Of a stretch of 64,000 nucleotides of DNA, positions 60,624 to 64,000 are shown piece by piece (the stretch's first letter is position 1; the number at the start of each line of letters is the position of its first letter). Both the position numbers and the translations under genes were made by a program. A model generated the notes under the pieces. It saw only the letters and a program-made list of their open reading frames with translations, was not told the origin of the DNA and searched no databases. Source of the DNA: Camelus dromedarius (lineage: Eukaryota); contig NC_087437.1 of the NCBI RefSeq assembly GCF_036321535.1, positions 71,922,001 to 71,986,000 on the forward strand. Reading direction: 5' to 3'.

Positions 60624-61686
60624 GGAGTGGGGTTGGGAGTGGATAATTTGCACTCTGCCTGTTTGCTGAACTCCAAATCTCAAATTTAAGTTAAAGGTTT
60701 AGAAAAAACTTTGGGAGTTGCTTTGTTCTCTTTTCTTCAGATGCCGTTTTGGGAGGAATGTGCACAGCTTTTCTGTTTTATTCCGTCTTCTTCAAAGGCT
60801 CCTGGAGGGAAGGAACTGTGCCTTATGCATTTCTGTCTCTCAGAGTCAAGCAGAGTCCCTGGGACCCAGTGGGTGCTCAATTATTGTTTGTGGACCGGAA
60901 GTAGACATCTTAACAGGACACGTTACCCTCTGTGGCTCCTCCCTGTGTCTGCTTTTCCTTCTTTAGCCTCCTATAGATCTGAATGTGTGGTTTCTCTCTG
61001 AAACCCCTGGACATTTCTCTATTTTTTTTTCTTTTTTCTTTTTTTTTGATATCTTTTAAAAAGCTACCTTTATACAGATGACTTTCAAATTCCCTTGTTC
61101 GCGCCCCTCCTCTCCACCTTCTGGCTCCTGGGAATCCTGCTGTGGGAGAAGGAAAGTGCTGGGGAGAAGGTACCCTACTGGCATCTCAAAGCAGCATGGC
61201 TGAGGCCACTATTCTAGGACCCCTTTCCTGACAGAGCTGCCCTCTGCACAAGTCTAGGGTGAGAGCCTCAGACTTCCCTCTGCTCTCATCTGGCACCAGA
61301 GTGGACAGTACAGTCTGCTGAAGTCCCAGGGTGAAAGGGAGGTTGGAGGCATCTCTGGGCCTTGGAATCTGGGAAGGGGCTGGGGCTGTGGAGGAGGGAA
61401 GGTGCTCTGAGGTTGTGAGGTCTGAGATGCGCCTGGGGCAGGGCTTTGCAAAGGATGCTGTTGTACAAGGCGTTCTGTTTACTGGTGAGATCTCATTCTT
61501 TGTTTCGATGCTCCAGACTGCGGCCCCTCTAAGTTGCCTTTCCTTCCACTCCCAAACACAACAGGGTGAGCCCTCTTTGTTCCCTATAGAGAGAGCCAAG
61601 TCCAACCTTTTTCTCTACCACAAACTGCTTGACCCTAAGAACCTTCTTTCTGATTGCTTGCCAAGTCTCTAACCCTTAAGGTACCT

Positions 61687-61860
61687 CATGGTTCTCCAAC
61701 TTTAGTGTGGTTCACAATTACCTAGAGGGCTTGTTAAGACACAGGGTGCTGAGTCCCACCCCAGAGTTTCTGTTCAGTAGTCCTGGAATGGGGCTTGGAT
61801 TTCTCATTTCTAACAAGTCTCCAGGGATGCTGACGCTACTGGGGGACCAAATCAGATCAA
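61687..61860. mobile_element. MER5A-like hAT-Charlie MITE
   Basis: tggttctccaacttt...aattacctagagggcttgttaa...cccagagtttctgttcagtag...catttctaacaag. Confidence 0.8.
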
Positions 61861-61939
61861 CAGGCACACTGACCCACTCTTCAGAAACCTCTCAAACCTC
61901 TCAGCCACGCTTTCCCTTAGTCAAAGCAAGGGCTGCCAT

Positions 61940-62140
61940 ATATTGAGCTTGCTTTCTGCTTAGCTTTTGAGACACTTTATCTCATTTAACCCTCACAGCG
62001 ACCCTATGAGGTAGCTACTGTTAATATTCCCACTTTAAAAAGGGAGAAACTGAGGCACATGTAAGTGGTGGAGCCGTTTCAAAGCTGGGCGGTATGGTCT
62101 CTGAAGCTTGTGTGCTGAATCACCCTGCCATGCTGCCTTA
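61940..62140 (-). mobile_element. MIR SINE
   Basis: atctcatttaaccctcacagcgaccctatgaggtag...gagaaactgaggcac. Confidence 0.85.
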
Positions 62141-62869
62141 ATGGGCTAGGGATTTTTTTTCGCATGAACATCTTCTACCTTAGAAACATGGAGCTTTGCA
62201 AACAAGGTGCCCTTTCATTCTGAACACCGCCACCCTCTTGCCCAATTTCTCTTTGCTGCTAAGTACAGCAGGAGAAAACACACATTTAATCTCCATTAAG
62301 ACCTTCAGACTTTTGGGAGAGGAAGTAGTCTGACTTGGGAATGAAGCCTGAAGTACTGAAATTTTTTAAAGAAAGGCAGTTTTATTGCCTCCAATAACAT
62401 ATGGTAATACAAAAGAATGGCTAACTGGAACATTTCTCCAAGAAATCCTCTTAGCCTTTCGTAAAAAATAAATACAGCTTATTTGCATAAAACAACTGTA
62501 TTAAAGATCAGGGGCTGATTACTTGTGTTCTGGTTAAAAATACGTAAGGATTTTGCAGCTGATTTTTTAGAAGATTAAGGACCCATGTTTTGGAACATGC
62601 AACCTTTACGATCATCCCATCAAATGAATTGTTTTCCTTTCATGTCTAGATTCAGGTTTTGGTCTCTCACAGGAGCTCTCTGGCAAAATCCACAAACACA
62701 AAACTGTTACGTGAAGGCAAAATGTGATGCCTGCCAACCGACAGCAGGCTAGGATTTGCTTTTATAGATAGACGGCACAAACGTCTTGGTGCTTTGTGCC
62801 AGTGGGAGGTTCCCACACTTACTGGGAATTTGTATAAAGAAGAGAATTTTCCAGAGACTCACTGTGTCT

Positions 62870-63250
62870 AGACAGGACCAGGGAATCTGCAATATATGTA
62901 ATATCAAATTTTATTTTGTTCTTTTTTGTTTCTTACTATTTCTTCCCCTGCCCATGCAATTCTAGTGCATCACACTTTGAGAACCATTGCCAGGTTGTGG
63001 GGAGGGCCTGGGGCCTGGGAGTGGGGGTGGGGATGGGGTTCTCAGATACATCAGTGGCTCCAGCATTACCTGTACATTGTACTCACTTGCAGCTTTATTT
63101 AAAGAAACACCAACTCCGTGAGATGTACTCATGACCGGATTAAAGCAGAATTTTTGAGTGGACCCGCACATCAGCATTAACAAACAGCAAAACAAAACCA
63201 AAAACTCTCTGGGTGATTCTAATGTGGGGGCCATTGGTGAAAAACCACGA
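62870..63250. mobile_element. Two MER5-like fragments
   Basis: gggaatctgca...cacactttgagaaccattg and aagcagaatttttgagtggacc...ggtgattctaatgtg...tgaaaaaccac. Confidence 0.6.
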
Positions 63251-64000
63251 AAAGTCAGATTTGGAGCACCACACTCAGGGGTATGTTTAGCTGAAAAGTA
63301 GAGGACAGGGTACGCTGAATGTACAGGTGGACAGGTGGTGTGTGTCTTCTCCAAGTTAGAATGAATTCTTGTGAAGGGAGACCCTACCTTAGGAAACAGG
63401 TGCTGCCCAGCTAGGCCGCCCCGTCTATCCTTCCTACACCTGTTCATTCATCCTCTCTCCAGCCCGCGGAGCAGGTGCAGGGCCACAGCCCAGGGCCGTC
63501 CTGCAGCCATCAGCCTAAGGCGCTTTGGGCCAGACCGTGCCCTCACTTCTCCTGGGCTTTGCTGGAGCCTCCCCCTCTGTCCTGGGCTGCTCTCCCGCTG
63601 CTCCAATCTGGCAGCTGCACAAACCCCTGCAACCTGGTGGTTTCTGAATGACATCCCTTCAGCCTCAGCCCAGGGGCTCTGGCTTTTCTGTTTGTTTTCT
63701 TTTTGCTTTCTTATTTAAGAAGCTCAAGAGAACTTAAAAGCAGACCCTTGAAAGCTAAGCATTTCTAATCACATAAAGGTGTCTCTGCAGGGCCTGGGCT
63801 GAAGAGGGTTTGTTTGGGGGCTTTCATCTTTCTGTGTCTCCCCTTCCTTCTTCAAACAATCTTTCTGGGCTCTTATCCACCCAGCTTCTTTGCTGGATGC
63901 CCACCCCCATCATCTCCATGTTTGGGGCCCAGAGGGTAAAGGAGCAAAGGGGTGGGGGTGGCCGAGGGCCTGAGTGGGGAGGGAGGAAGCAGTTGGCCCC

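Noticed and set aside
62962..63718. Overlapping 161-aa and 115-aa ORFs
   Set aside because: Partly MER5-derived, GC-rich open frames with no protein motif.
1..64000. Named host gene, miRNA or snoRNA locus
   Set aside because: No exon, mature miRNA or box C/D or H/ACA structure was recognisable. Small exons could have been missed without alignment.

Overview
Mammalian, gene-poor (intergenic or deep intronic) DNA, most likely from a camelid: two tRNA-Ala-derived SINEs match the camelid type as I recall it, and I saw no Alu, Bov-tA, PRE1 or CHR SINEs. I found no credible host protein-coding exon, and the ORF track is explained by repeats or chance. Much of the window is transposon fossils. These include a young class I ERV solo LTR with a perfect 4-bp TSD (4046-4532), a defective env-less class I provirus with a tRNA-Ile PBS (27451-33564) nested in an old L1, and a two-ended L1MC-type element lacking most of ORF2 (20344-24055). 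There are also MaLR LTRs, L2, L3/CR1, MIR and DNA transposons. The least obvious call is a roughly 1.4-kb or longer fossil of an R4/Dong-clade LINE on the minus strand (about 14350-15800), recognised from hand-translated motifs. Unique stretches carry candidate regulatory modules: CArG+MCAT next to a Z-DNA tract, MEF2/TATA+GATA+E-box+G4, a CTCF-like site and CpG-retaining patches. An isolated perfect tRNA T-arm/B-box hairpin sits at the start of a compound microsatellite. Repeat family names come from remembered consensus sequences, not from a search. I see no evidence of a new multi-gene system.
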